The notes under the pieces were generated by a model that made no database searches, was not told where the DNA came from, and saw only the letters and a program-made list of their open reading frames with translations. Positions 48,848 to 59,535 of a DNA stretch of 64,000 nt are shown piece by piece. Origin of the DNA: a virus. The DNA is taken from the IMG/VR virus record IMGVR_UViG_3300032070_000613, positions 1 through 64,000 of that record. The stretch is one strand, 5' to 3'. The position numbers and the translations under genes were made by a program. The first letter of the stretch is position 1; each line of letters starts with the position of its first letter.

Positions 48848-51800
48848 ATGCCTATTGATGATTTAAATAAAGAACAAAAAATTCTAGAGGCTAAAAAAGC
48901 TGGTAACGCTCTGGATAAAGCAGCTATTGCAAATAATAAAAGTCTTGCCAGTATGTTGGATAAAATGGTAGAGAGTCATTTGCGAGGAAATAGGGCTCGT
49001 GAAGAATCTAGAAGAATTTCTAAACTCGTGAATGAAACTATAAAAAAAAGAAAAAAGATAGAAGAAGAATATACTAATAAATTAGAAAAATCTAAAAAGG
49101 AATATCAGGCTGTTTTAATTGAGTCCAAAAAACTTATTAAATATCGTAAAACGGAAGGTAAAGATTTTAAAGATATTACAAAAAAACGAACAAAACAATA
49201 TAGAATAGGAAAAAAAGAACAAGAAAATATTAAAAAAGCGTATGAATCACAATTAGAAGTTGTTAATAAAGAAATTACTGCTCGGCAAAATCTTTTTGAT
49301 TTGCATGAAAAATATTATAAAGATAATATACTTTTTATTAAGAATGAAAAAGCATATGACGACGCTTTAGAGGAAAGACTTGTAGTTGAAGAAAAAATTC
49401 TTGAAGCACGTAAAGCGGCAGAAAACATATCTGAAGAAGATTATAAAACGCTAAAAAAAGAGATAAGAGGTGAGGAAAATGTAGCTAAAATAAGAGAAGA
49501 TCTTGAAGAGAAAACTTCTGAATCTGAAGCTGCAAGAGAAAGATATCGTAAAAAATTAAAAGGATATCTTCCGTCTAAAGGAGCTCCCCGAGAGAAAAAA
49601 GAAAAGGCTCTCGAATTTGTTAAACAAGAAAGATTCGATCTAGCTAAAGAGATGGGTGGAAAATTAAAGACTCTTCGTTCAGCCAGAGGTATAGGGGGAC
49701 ATCTAGAGGCTGCTAAAGGCATAGGAGAGACTGTTAATAAATTTAAAGATTTGTCAAAAATTTTAGGAGGTGTAGGAGCAGAAGCCAAAGGTGCTGCCGG
49801 TATGTTTGGTGTACTTCGCACAGGAATGGAGATGTTGGGTAAAATAGGTTGGATAGGATTGATTATATCCGCTGTTGCCGCCGTAATTAAAGCAGTAAAT
49901 GAATTGAATAATTTTATAAAAAAATTCAATAAATCTTTTATTAAAATGTATGGCCCTACGATAGCCATGAAAAATGTTACAGCGAGTATGAAAACTTTTA
50001 CTGATGCTGTTTTTGATATGAATAGAAATTTAAAATATGGTTTAAAATCTGAAGATATAACGGGTCTTTTTGAAGCTATGTCAGCAGGAGGTCTTTCTTT
50101 ACAAGGAGTAGGTAAAAGAGTACGAGGAGGTTATAACGAAGTTATATTGGAAGCCACCAAACTTAGTAGAGATTTCGGAGTGGATCTTAGTGAGATGGGT
50201 AGTATGATAGCTGATCAGATGGTTAATTTGAAAGCGTCTTTAGATGAAGTGCGCGATTCAATGGAAGCTATGGCTTATGATGCTACCATTGTGGGAATTA
50301 GCTCACAAAAATTCTATGAAGCAGTCACTGCTGCTACAGATGCTTTAGGTTATTATGGAAATTATTTGAAAAGCACGTCATTCCTTCTTAAGACATTTGC
50401 TGAGAGAGGGGCAATGCCTTTTAAAGATGCCGCTAAAGAAGCTCAAGATATAATGGGCATTTTTAAAGGTATGGATATTAGAAAAAAATTGGGATTTATT
50501 CAAATAGTAGGTGATCCTAAAGTTAAAGAGGACATGGCTAGACGTGCTGAACTTATAAAAGAAGAAACTCAACTTTTAGAGGACAAAATAGCTGCTACAC
50601 AAAATATTATAGATAAAACTAAAGATGCCGCTAAAAAAGAAGAATATATACGGCAAAAAGGAGCTTTGGAAGATCAGAAAAGAGAAAAAGAAAGAATTCG
50701 TCGTCGATTACAAATGGCTGTTGAAGGAGATTCAGCAGCTAGAGCTGCTTCTTTAGGTTATATGGCAGATCGTACAGTAGATTATCTTATTACGGCTTTA
50801 AAAAGAGCTGGAGGTGGAAAATTAGATTTATTTAATCTTGATGACGTAATGGCTAAAGCAACTATATTGAGACAAACTGCGGATGTTCCTGAAGAAGCTC
50901 TCAATAAACTTGTAGATACTAGTGCTGCTATATTAGCTGATGCTGAAGAATCCGCGGAATTTATAACAAGTAGTTTAAAAGATATAGGTCCTGAAAGCAG
51001 AGCAGCACTAAAAGATGTAATGGCAGGATATGTGAGGGATATAGAATTAGGTAAATCTATAAATGAAGATGACATAAGAGCTAGTTTATTGGCTTTTCAA
51101 AAGTCTGGTGGTAAAATAGGCATGTCTATAGATAGATTTATTGATGAATTTAAAAAGAATGCTTTTGTTCTTGATGCGTCTATATCTGGTACGGGTATGG
51201 ATATGAAGGTCCTTTCTGAAAAATGGCTTACAGCTAATGCTAGTATTATAGGCGGATCGAAAGAACAGGATAAACGTCTTCAAGATATAACTAAAAATAC
51301 GAAAACTTTTGAAGAATTTATTGGTATAGGTAAAGAAAATATGGAATATATGGCAGCTATGGCTGCAGGAGGTGATCTTCAGAATCTTGCCAATAATGCG
51401 ATGATAGCCACGGCAAATACTGCTGGGGGCATTTTAGGATTATTACAGAAATGGATTGCAGGTAAAAAAGGCGAATATAAAACAGATGAAGAATTTAAAA
51501 AAGGTCATGAATGGGGTGATTTAATATCTGCTTCTAAAAGGCAAGTTTTATTGACTAGATTATTATATAAAGCCCAACAAAAATACGATAAAACTCAGAA
51601 TGCTTCTGATAAAGAGCAGGTCGACCTTATACAAGCTGAAATAGCTAAATTAGAAGATTTAAAAGGAACATTATCAGAAGTACGGCCTGATTTAGCGGCT
51701 GGCGCTGTTATGGAAGGTACTAAACAAGCTCAAGATTTATTAGATCAAAGGGAGAGATCCAAAAAAACATTAGCATATTGGGAAGGAAGAGTAAAAGATG

Positions 51801-52267
51801 CTGGGGCTAAAGTGACTGAAACTGAAAAAGCTTCTTTAGAATATGCAAAAAAGCAATTGGCATCGACATATATGGAGGGCACAAGTTTCGACGTAGGTGG
51901 AAAAAAATTTGGTATTGATGTATCACAAGTAGAAAAAGAAGAAGCAGATGCGGGTTCTATTCCTTCAACAACGGCTAAAGATTTTAGAGCACTAACCAGT
52001 GGTTTTGCTAAAATAACTAAAGGAGACTGGGTAATAGGAGATACTAGCCAGGCTAAAGGTATAATGTCAGGGTCCGGACAACTCACGAATAGGTTATTGG
52101 GTTATAACAAAGGAGCTATTTCAGGCGGAACCAGTGTGAGTGTACCTATTAATTTACAGATAGGATATGTAATAGGCAATCCAGATGAACTAGTAAATAA
52201 ACTCACTCCTGCTATAGAGCAGACATTTGCTAGAATGTATTTCGAAAAAGAAAAAAGAGGAGCATAA
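48848..52267 (+). CDS. Tape measure protein
   Basis: ~1,140-aa helical protein with a Gly/Ala hydrophobic segment, after tube and chaperones. Confidence 0.75.
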   Translation: MPIDDLNKEQKILEAKKAGNALDKAAIANNKSLASMLDKMVESHLRGNRAREESRRISKLVNETIKKRKKIEEEYTNKLEKSKKEYQAVLIESKKLIKYRKTEGKDFKDITKKRTKQYRIGKKEQENIKKAYESQLEVVNKEITARQNLFDLHEKYYKDNILFIKNEKAYDDALEERLVVEEKILEARKAAENISEEDYKTLKKEIRGEENVAKIREDLEEKTSESEAARERYRKKLKGYLPSKGAPREKKEKALEFVKQERFDLAKEMGGKLKTLRSARGIGGHLEAAKGIGETVNKFKDLSKILGGVGAEAKGAAGMFGVLRTGMEMLGKIGWIGLIISAVAAVIKAVNELNNFIKKFNKSFIKMYGPTIAMKNVTASMKTFTDAVFDMNRNLKYGLKSEDITGLFEAMSAGGLSLQGVGKRVRGGYNEVILEATKLSRDFGVDLSEMGSMIADQMVNLKASLDEVRDSMEAMAYDATIVGISSQKFYEAVTAATDALGYYGNYLKSTSFLLKTFAERGAMPFKDAAKEAQDIMGIFKGMDIRKKLGFIQIVGDPKVKEDMARRAELIKEETQLLEDKIAATQNIIDKTKDAAKKEEYIRQKGALEDQKREKERIRRRLQMAVEGDSAARAASLGYMADRTVDYLITALKRAGGGKLDLFNLDDVMAKATILRQTADVPEEALNKLVDTSAAILADAEESAEFITSSLKDIGPESRAALKDVMAGYVRDIELGKSINEDDIRASLLAFQKSGGKIGMSIDRFIDEFKKNAFVLDASISGTGMDMKVLSEKWLTANASIIGGSKEQDKRLQDITKNTKTFEEFIGIGKENMEYMAAMAAGGDLQNLANNAMIATANTAGGILGLLQKWIAGKKGEYKTDEEFKKGHEWGDLISASKRQVLLTRLLYKAQQKYDKTQNASDKEQVDLIQAEIAKLEDLKGTLSEVRPDLAAGAVMEGTKQAQDLLDQRERSKKTLAYWEGRVKDAGAKVTETEKASLEYAKKQLASTYMEGTSFDVGGKKFGIDVSQVEKEEADAGSIPSTTAKDFRALTSGFAKITKGDWVIGDTSQAKGIMSGSGQLTNRLLGYNKGAISGGTSVSVPINLQIGYVIGNPDELVNKLTPAIEQTFARMYFEKEKRGA

Positions 52268-52275
52268 GGTTATAA

Positions 52276-53085
52276 ATGGCTGATATAGCTACAGTAAAAG
52301 TAAATGAGGTGGCTATTCAACAGAGTCCTGCTGAAAAAGGTCCTGATCAGGGTACTGTTATTGTATATACTCCAGATATTAAAAAAATAATTGTAAATAG
52401 TACAGATAAAAATCGTTTTGTAGAAATACGCCCTCCTATACGCAGGCTCCCTAATGAGATCCCGGTATATATGGAAATGATAGATGCAAATCTACAGCCA
52501 TGCTCTATACAGATATCTAATGGAGTGACTATACAGGCTCTGCGGCTAGCGCCTAATCCGGATACTATGACGATAAATTCAGCAAAAATAGTGAATAGAT
52601 ATAGCACTATGACGCGTTGGGTAGAGGAACACTGGGGCGATGAAATGGATGTAGTAAATTTATCAGGTAGCTCTTTTTCTTTTTTATCTTTTGTGCCAGA
52701 AGATGTTAGTCCGGGGTTATCGGTAGTGAGTAGACGAGATACTAATGCTTATAAAATGATAAAAGAATTAGTAAAATTTTACAGGACTAATGGATGCATT
52801 TATCAGGACAGAGACACTTATTTATCTAATGATGAAATTTCCATAAATAAATCACCGGAAAGCAATTCGGTTGATAAGTTTTTATTAGAAAATCCATCTT
52901 TTAAAGGTAATCATCCTAGAGCAGGAATGATTCAAGAACGCCTTTATATTAAACTGTCTTTTGATTATGTTTCTTTTATAGGATATTTAGAATCTTTCGA
53001 TTTGATAGAAGATTCGGCTAGTCCTTTTAGGATGACTTATAATATTATCTATAAGGCTGAGAAAACTAGTTTTGTTTTAGGATAA
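52276..53085 (+). CDS. Tail tube initiator/baseplate protein
   Basis: NPDTM...WVEEHWG; paralogous to the N-terminus of the next gene. Confidence 0.55.
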   Translation: MADIATVKVNEVAIQQSPAEKGPDQGTVIVYTPDIKKIIVNSTDKNRFVEIRPPIRRLPNEIPVYMEMIDANLQPCSIQISNGVTIQALRLAPNPDTMTINSAKIVNRYSTMTRWVEEHWGDEMDVVNLSGSSFSFLSFVPEDVSPGLSVVSRRDTNAYKMIKELVKFYRTNGCIYQDRDTYLSNDEISINKSPESNSVDKFLLENPSFKGNHPRAGMIQERLYIKLSFDYVSFIGYLESFDLIEDSASPFRMTYNIIYKAEKTSFVLG

Positions 53086-53089
53086 TTTT

Positions 53090-54418
53090 ATGGAAAATAT
53101 AGAATCTACAAATTCCACAGAAGTGATTAAAGAGTTCCTAGATAGAGTAGGAGGATCTTTAGATTTTGAGGGAGGAATAAATCTATCCCAATATTCTAAT
53201 TGGATTCGCTCGAGTACTATACCTAAAGATTTTATACCGTTTGAAATTTCTATATACGATACAGATAAAAACGAAGATGTTTTGTCTCTTATCATGATGA
53301 TAAATCCTAGAGATTTAAATATAGGTCAAGCTCAAGTAGTAAATGCGGCGTATTCAAGAGTAGGGTGGATTAATACATTGTGGGGTAATCAACAAGCTAC
53401 TATAACTGCTAGTGGTTTATCTGCCGGATTTTATTATATAACTAATACATTTGAAGGAGGAATAACTAATTTTAATAGAAAAAATAGTATAGCTTTTTTG
53501 AATTTGATTTCTATTGTATCTTTTTTTAAAAATAATGCTTACTATTTTATGGATGGGCAAGAAATTCCTTCTTTATTTAAAGACAATCATAGTAGAGCCA
53601 TTAATGTTATGGATACTATAAAAATAACATACGATGGCTCTGAATATTTAGGATCATTCAACTCTTTTTCTTTAAACGATGTAGCTACTAATCCTTATAG
53701 ATTGGATTATTCTTTTGAATTTACTGTGTCGTCTTTTGGTACTGATACTAATAGCATCGAAGGACATGTTAAAAAAAATAAAAACGATCAAAGCAATACA
53801 GTTGTAACAGCGATTCAGGGATATAACACTAGATTTTTAACTTCAGTACAAATGAGTTTGGAAGAACTCAATAAAACTTTTCCTCCAGATCAGGAATATA
53901 AACATAATAAAGAATATTATCTCAATATATTGAATCCACTTAACAGAAATTTTAAATCTGGCGCAGGACTTAATCTTAAAACTGATAATATTCCTATAGC
54001 ATGGGGTTCTATTATTGCTGAAGCTGTTAAACAACCTATTAGCAAAGATTATCCGGTAGCTGTGGATCCTAATTTAGTAGCTGCTGTCATAAGGCAGGAA
54101 TCTACAGGAAATCAATATGCAGTATCTTTTTCTGGAGCAAAAGGTCTTATGCAATTAATGGATGGTACAGCAAGACAATTAGGAGTGACATCATCTTTTG
54201 ATCCACGCGATAATATATTTGGTGGAACGAGATATCTCAGTCAATTACTTAAAAAATATAATAATAATGAGAAACTCGCTCTAGCAGCATATAATGCTGG
54301 TCCTAGCAGAGTAGACAAAGCTCATGGCATTCCAAAAATAGCTGAAACTATAGATTATGTTAATAGAGTCACGTATTATCATGATCATTATCTATTATCA
54401 TCTTCAAAAAGAAGTTAA
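53090..54418 (+). CDS. Baseplate protein fused to an SLT lytic transglycosylase
   Basis: IRQES, GAKGLMQLM, AAYNAG, ETIDYV. Confidence 0.8.
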   Translation: MENIESTNSTEVIKEFLDRVGGSLDFEGGINLSQYSNWIRSSTIPKDFIPFEISIYDTDKNEDVLSLIMMINPRDLNIGQAQVVNAAYSRVGWINTLWGNQQATITASGLSAGFYYITNTFEGGITNFNRKNSIAFLNLISIVSFFKNNAYYFMDGQEIPSLFKDNHSRAINVMDTIKITYDGSEYLGSFNSFSLNDVATNPYRLDYSFEFTVSSFGTDTNSIEGHVKKNKNDQSNTVVTAIQGYNTRFLTSVQMSLEELNKTFPPDQEYKHNKEYYLNILNPLNRNFKSGAGLNLKTDNIPIAWGSIIAEAVKQPISKDYPVAVDPNLVAAVIRQESTGNQYAVSFSGAKGLMQLMDGTARQLGVTSSFDPRDNIFGGTRYLSQLLKKYNNNEKLALAAYNAGPSRVDKAHGIPKIAETIDYVNRVTYYHDHYLLSSSKRS

Positions 54419-54421
54419 TTT

Positions 54422-56854
54422 ATGGCCCAAGATTTTTCTGGAATTTTTACTTATAGTGAATTCAAATACAGGCGTAATGTTTTGAAAATGGCTCCTGATG
54501 CTTTTATAACTATAAATGATGCTATTGAAATGCGCGTGGTAGCTCCTATGGATGCTTTGGGTACAAAAGATACTAAAATGCAGGGTGGTATAGTTACAAT
54601 GAATGTGAGCGCTGCGTTGTCCCCGGCAGGGGCTTCTAGAGCGACAATTGAAATATCCGCTCCACAATATAAAGGTTTTCATGAAGATTATTATAGAACG
54701 TATCCTAATGGTACTAGGATGCCTATTTTTACTCCCATGATGGAAGTTAAAATTTTCATGAAAGGCAGATACTTGGAAGAAGAATATACATGGAGTCCTC
54801 GATATTACCCAGTATTTTGGGGTATGATAACTAATGTCCAAGAAAATTATTCTCAAGGAGCTTATAATTTTTCTATTACCTGCGAAGATTTATTATGCTG
54901 GTGGAGATATCAAAAGGTCACAGTACAATCCTCTGTTATTACAGCTTTTTTTGGTGGAGCCAATATGACTCGTTTTCCTAGTACTTTTAAAAATATGTCT
55001 CCATGGGAAACAATGATGGCTCTTTTTACAGATACTTTTTTTATGGAAACAGATAAAGAAACAGGTATGACTGCTTTTTATAGTTTTTTATATCCCCAGC
55101 TTTCAAATATAGCTCAACAACCTCAATATGAAAATTTGAGAGAAACCTGGGGTTATTTCGCTCAGAATGTAGTGAATTATTGGAATCAGCGGTTTGGATT
55201 TGGTACGTTAACTACTGGTACTCCGGAACAAATAGCAGCCAGTCTATCAAAAGTGCCTTTGGAAATGTATGGATTAAGAGGGCCTATAAAAACTAGTAGT
55301 ATAGCTAATAGATTGTTGAATTATCTTAATGATCCTAATAATAGTTTTCCAGAGAGTCAATCCGAGAGAAGCGCTGATTTGGATTTAGATTTTTCAATGA
55401 TGGCTAGAGTCCAGGCATATGGTCTATTTGATTTATATGGGGATGGAACTGAGCCGTTAATATTATCTAAATTAGAAATAGCTAATGCTGTTTGTGAAAA
55501 AGTTAATATGGAATTTTTTGTAGATACCAATGGTAATTTTGTTTTTAAACCGCCATTTTATAATTTAGACGTAGCTACTGGAGATATTCCTTATTATAAA
55601 ATAGGACCTGAAGACATTATAAATTTTAATGCTAGTTTTGATTCCAATAATATAGTCAATTATTTAGTAGCCACAGGTCCTCTATGGCAGCAACTTGATC
55701 TACAAGCCATAGGTCTTCATGCGGATTTTGAATCCATTAAAAAATACGGCATACGTTCTGAACAGATTCATGTATCCTATGGTATGAATGCTAATCAATT
55801 AAAAATGGTGGCTGTGGCTGAAATGACGAGAAAAAACGGCCAAGCATTTACAGGTAGTGTGAGTATTCCGCTTCGTCCTGAGATGCGATTGGGATATCCA
55901 GTATATCTATCGCATATAGATTCTTTTTATTATGTGACAGGCATAGCTCATTCATTCACTTTTGGATCAGCGGCTACTACTGATTTATCATTACAATTTA
56001 GAAGAGATCGTGTATTTGATGACGGCACTTCTGGGTTGGAGGGCAGTATAAAAGGGGATATCCTTAAAAAATGCGTCTATAGGGATAGGTCGACAAACAT
56101 TACTTTAGATACTGAAAGTATTGCTGATGCTAAAAATAATATGACCCCGGAAAATTTTGCCGCCTTTGTACAGAATAAATACGGTTTAAATATACAAGGC
56201 CCCTATAGTTTGTCTTATCTGAATGATTTAATAAATGAAGTTGAAAAAGAACGAATAAAAAAGAATGCCCGGCTTTTTTCAGGACCTGGGATTTTGGGAT
56301 ATTGGAAAATTGATAAAGCAAAAATGTTAACAAAATCTGATGATGTTGCTAATCCCAATACTCCTAATGCTGTGATATCTAATGAGCTCGTAATGATTAC
56401 TGATACTAGTGTACCTTATACAGATATACAAGGATATAGGCATATAGGAGCTTTTCCTTTTGGAGCAAATTTAGTACTTATGAAAAACGGTAAAATATTA
56501 GACAGTACTAATTATGCTCAAGTTAAAGCAGCAGAAGCTGAAAAACAATTACAAGATCCTGGAAATACAGGAACTATTCAAGGTAATAAAGTGAGTACGA
56601 ATATTCCTAATAAACCAGATGAGACAGGAACAACGAATAATACTCAAAATGATAGTAAAGAAGTTATTACTGATAAGAATAATAACAGGCTACAAGTAGC
56701 TCAAGAAAATAAAGATGAAAGTTTAGTGAAATTTCCTTATTTAACAGACACGTTTTTTATGAGTAATCCTAATATGAAAGGTTTGGAAGATATAAAAAAG
56801 CAGATTTATTTTTCTCTCTCGGTTTCTAAAACAGGTGATGTTTCTAATAAATAG
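54422..56854 (+). CDS. Baseplate hub protein
   Basis: EFFVDTNGNFVFKPPFYN, LRPEMRLG, YYVTGIAHSF. Confidence 0.7.
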   Translation: MAQDFSGIFTYSEFKYRRNVLKMAPDAFITINDAIEMRVVAPMDALGTKDTKMQGGIVTMNVSAALSPAGASRATIEISAPQYKGFHEDYYRTYPNGTRMPIFTPMMEVKIFMKGRYLEEEYTWSPRYYPVFWGMITNVQENYSQGAYNFSITCEDLLCWWRYQKVTVQSSVITAFFGGANMTRFPSTFKNMSPWETMMALFTDTFFMETDKETGMTAFYSFLYPQLSNIAQQPQYENLRETWGYFAQNVVNYWNQRFGFGTLTTGTPEQIAASLSKVPLEMYGLRGPIKTSSIANRLLNYLNDPNNSFPESQSERSADLDLDFSMMARVQAYGLFDLYGDGTEPLILSKLEIANAVCEKVNMEFFVDTNGNFVFKPPFYNLDVATGDIPYYKIGPEDIINFNASFDSNNIVNYLVATGPLWQQLDLQAIGLHADFESIKKYGIRSEQIHVSYGMNANQLKMVAVAEMTRKNGQAFTGSVSIPLRPEMRLGYPVYLSHIDSFYYVTGIAHSFTFGSAATTDLSLQFRRDRVFDDGTSGLEGSIKGDILKKCVYRDRSTNITLDTESIADAKNNMTPENFAAFVQNKYGLNIQGPYSLSYLNDLINEVEKERIKKNARLFSGPGILGYWKIDKAKMLTKSDDVANPNTPNAVISNELVMITDTSVPYTDIQGYRHIGAFPFGANLVLMKNGKILDSTNYAQVKAAEAEKQLQDPGNTGTIQGNKVSTNIPNKPDETGTTNNTQNDSKEVITDKNNNRLQVAQENKDESLVKFPYLTDTFFMSNPNMKGLEDIKKQIYFSLSVSKTGDVSNK

Positions 56855-56859
56855 AATAT

Positions 56860-58896
56860 TTGTATGAGGATTTTATGAATAGTTTTCCATACGCTAAAGT
56901 ACCTGGACGACAAATAGCGCCTAATGAACATCCTACAATAAGCGCTAGGAAGATCAAAGGAGTAATTTGTGTCCCGGGTGACGTGACCCTCGTGGATGAA
57001 GAAAAAATGCGCATGACGGTAGTTTTGAGAGATAATTTGGGCGTTTTGGAAAATGTACCCATAGCACAGCCTTACGCTGGAAATTCGAGTTTTATTCACG
57101 CTGTGCCCGAAGAAGGATCAATGGTCGTAATGGCCTATCAAGAAGGCCAGTACTTCCCTCTGACCTACCTACCAAACTATACTCATGGATTGGAAAATAG
57201 AAATGTAAAGAGCTGGCCGGATACGGTAAAAAATGTGGAAGAGAATGAACATTTTTTCAGAGTAAAAAAAATACAAAAAGGAGAAATAGCCCTAGGATCA
57301 TCAAAAGGCGTAGAAGTCCATCTAGGAGAACATTTTAAACTGGACGACAGATCCGGTAACAGTCTCGTGCTCAGAACTGATGAGAACTCAATAATAAATA
57401 CCGCCTGCAACAATAGCATATTCAGCAGCGGCGTATGGCTGAATACAGGTATAATCAAAAGGAACTCTGTCGATCCCTCTAACCTCAATGATATCCCGAA
57501 TATAATCAGACAACCACTCCCTGAAGGCAGATATAACTATGTGCTGAGACCTACAGGCCCTAACCTCGCCACCGACCCCTACTATACAGAGTATCTCCTG
57601 GAAGTAGATGATAAAGGATACGCCCTACAACCAGAAAATGACATAAACGGAGACTCGAATAAAACCAATAGAAAACCCATAGCTATTTTCTCGATGGGCA
57701 ATCTCGTGGGAAATAATACCAAGTATCCCGGGTCCTATGGAAGAATTTTACGCCCTGTGCTTTTCCATGATATAGACGATAGTGTGGGAGATTTTACACT
57801 GGAACCCGTGGCAGGAGCCGATGTAGACGCCTATAGCATAGCAATGTGCTGGTTTAAACCTGAGCGTGCTAATCCAGAGACAGGGGCTTTCTTTGGTATC
57901 GATAAAGAAGGTCATCTATGGCAGTATCTCCCCTCAGCTACCGCGGGAGGTCTGGGTAAAGGCCGGTCCATGTCCATACTGGCTAAAGGCAGCAAAAAAG
58001 AGATATGGGGTAATGACACCCGCTATGCTACGTCCTGGGACCTGAAAACTACTGGGGGCATAGTCTGGGATGTGGGGGTCCATAATGAAAAAAACGGCAA
58101 TCCTTTCAGCAATCGCAGCATAGACGTACGGGCTAAAGGGTCCGTGTTTTATATGTATGGGTCTCAGCTCAGTCCATCTATAAAGAATTTTGATATCGAT
58201 AAGTCTAAAAAGGATGTAGATGATCCTCGCAACTATTTTAAAGTGGAAAAGATAGGCGGTAAAGAAAGGCACGAGACGTCCAGTAATAGAGAGACTATCA
58301 TTAAGGGCTCGGATAAAGTACGCATAGAAGGAGCTCGTACTGAACAAATCATTGGAGCTAATACTACCAGTGTAGGCTCCAATATGAATGTGATCGTAGG
58401 GGATGCCTCCACTGAAAAAGTGTCTAAAGAAAAACAAGAAGTATTTGGTAACAGGAAGACTCTCATTACTAGCGGCAGCTCTGAACTCCAAGTAAAGTCC
58501 CTCCAGGGAGATATCAAAGAGAGCATACTGGTAAAAGGCGGTAAATTTGTAAATGTGAAATTGGGTAATATACAGGATGACATCGCTATAGGTAATCGGG
58601 CATTCAATATAAAAAGCGGTAATTTCACGGTACAGAGTATAAAAGGTGATATGCTGCTAAGTACTAAAACCGGTCAGATATCTTTTAAAACTGTGATAGG
58701 AAAAGCTGAAATCAAGGCATCCATGGATATTGATATACGCACTAATCCAGTGTCTAATGTAAATGTACAGGGAGGGGCTATAAAGCTCAAAGGTAAAACA
58801 GGAATGATGGGAGGAGTTATCACAAGTAAGTCACATAGGGATTATATAACTGGAGCAGCACTAGTGGGATCCCTGTCAGTAAGTGCGTCGGTATAG
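56860..58896 (+). CDS. Baseplate spike (gp5/VgrG-like OB fold plus beta repeats)
   Basis: PEEGSMVVM OB motif; C-terminal beta-strand repeats. Confidence 0.65.
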   Translation: MYEDFMNSFPYAKVPGRQIAPNEHPTISARKIKGVICVPGDVTLVDEEKMRMTVVLRDNLGVLENVPIAQPYAGNSSFIHAVPEEGSMVVMAYQEGQYFPLTYLPNYTHGLENRNVKSWPDTVKNVEENEHFFRVKKIQKGEIALGSSKGVEVHLGEHFKLDDRSGNSLVLRTDENSIINTACNNSIFSSGVWLNTGIIKRNSVDPSNLNDIPNIIRQPLPEGRYNYVLRPTGPNLATDPYYTEYLLEVDDKGYALQPENDINGDSNKTNRKPIAIFSMGNLVGNNTKYPGSYGRILRPVLFHDIDDSVGDFTLEPVAGADVDAYSIAMCWFKPERANPETGAFFGIDKEGHLWQYLPSATAGGLGKGRSMSILAKGSKKEIWGNDTRYATSWDLKTTGGIVWDVGVHNEKNGNPFSNRSIDVRAKGSVFYMYGSQLSPSIKNFDIDKSKKDVDDPRNYFKVEKIGGKERHETSSNRETIIKGSDKVRIEGARTEQIIGANTTSVGSNMNVIVGDASTEKVSKEKQEVFGNRKTLITSGSSELQVKSLQGDIKESILVKGGKFVNVKLGNIQDDIAIGNRAFNIKSGNFTVQSIKGDMLLSTKTGQISFKTVIGKAEIKASMDIDIRTNPVSNVNVQGGAIKLKGKTGMMGGVITSKSHRDYITGAALVGSLSVSASV

Positions 58897-58897
58897 T

Positions 58898-59515
58898 ATG
58901 CCACTATCAGCCAGTCTCATATCAGGAGCTATACTGACTCAATTCACCGCCAGGAAATATACTGGTAGAAATGCAATGGATTTATCGAATGCTGTGGGAG
59001 CAGCGGTAGCCAGCTATCTCATGATCCCTAATCTGGTCACCTGTACGCTGTCAGGGACTGTAGGACCTTTGGGAAATATAAATAGTCTGGCTGTGGCGGG
59101 ACTCATCCCTACGTCTATGAGTAATTTCATGTATACGAAAGCTCTCAGTAAAAAACTGAAAGGCAGGGACCTGAATGGGATACTCAGTGCTATATCACTA
59201 GGACTAGTACAAATACTCTCTGCAATGATTTTGTCCGGCACAGCAATAGGTATAGCTATAGGTGCTGGCACAGGAAAATTCACGGCAGTGTCCGATCAGG
59301 CTCTATCTAAATTACTAGTGGCTCAAATGCTCAGATATAATATCAAAGGTAGAAATGCTATCGATTTAGCCGATAGCATAGCGTTTGGTCTGGTGAAACA
59401 GTTGCAGACTGCGACTACATTTTCTGTCGTAGCGACCGGAGTGATAGCACCAGTGCCCCCCACAGGTCCGGTAGCTATACTCGGAGTGCCCTCGGTTTTT
59501 ACAAAAATCAGCTGA
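58898..59515 (+). CDS. Hypothetical baseplate protein with three internal repeats
   Basis: Repeated GR[ND]..DL..AI units. Confidence 0.5.
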   Translation: MPLSASLISGAILTQFTARKYTGRNAMDLSNAVGAAVASYLMIPNLVTCTLSGTVGPLGNINSLAVAGLIPTSMSNFMYTKALSKKLKGRDLNGILSAISLGLVQILSAMILSGTAIGIAIGAGTGKFTAVSDQALSKLLVAQMLRYNIKGRNAIDLADSIAFGLVKQLQTATTFSVVATGVIAPVPPTGPVAILGVPSVFTKIS

Positions 59516-59535
59516 TCTGATAAAGGAAAAAAGTC

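Noticed and set aside
9248-58896. Genome-wide TAG recoding
   Set aside because: Several genes end at TAG at natural boundaries (10324, 11611, 12176, 25105, 42124, 58896) and long genes are not fragmented
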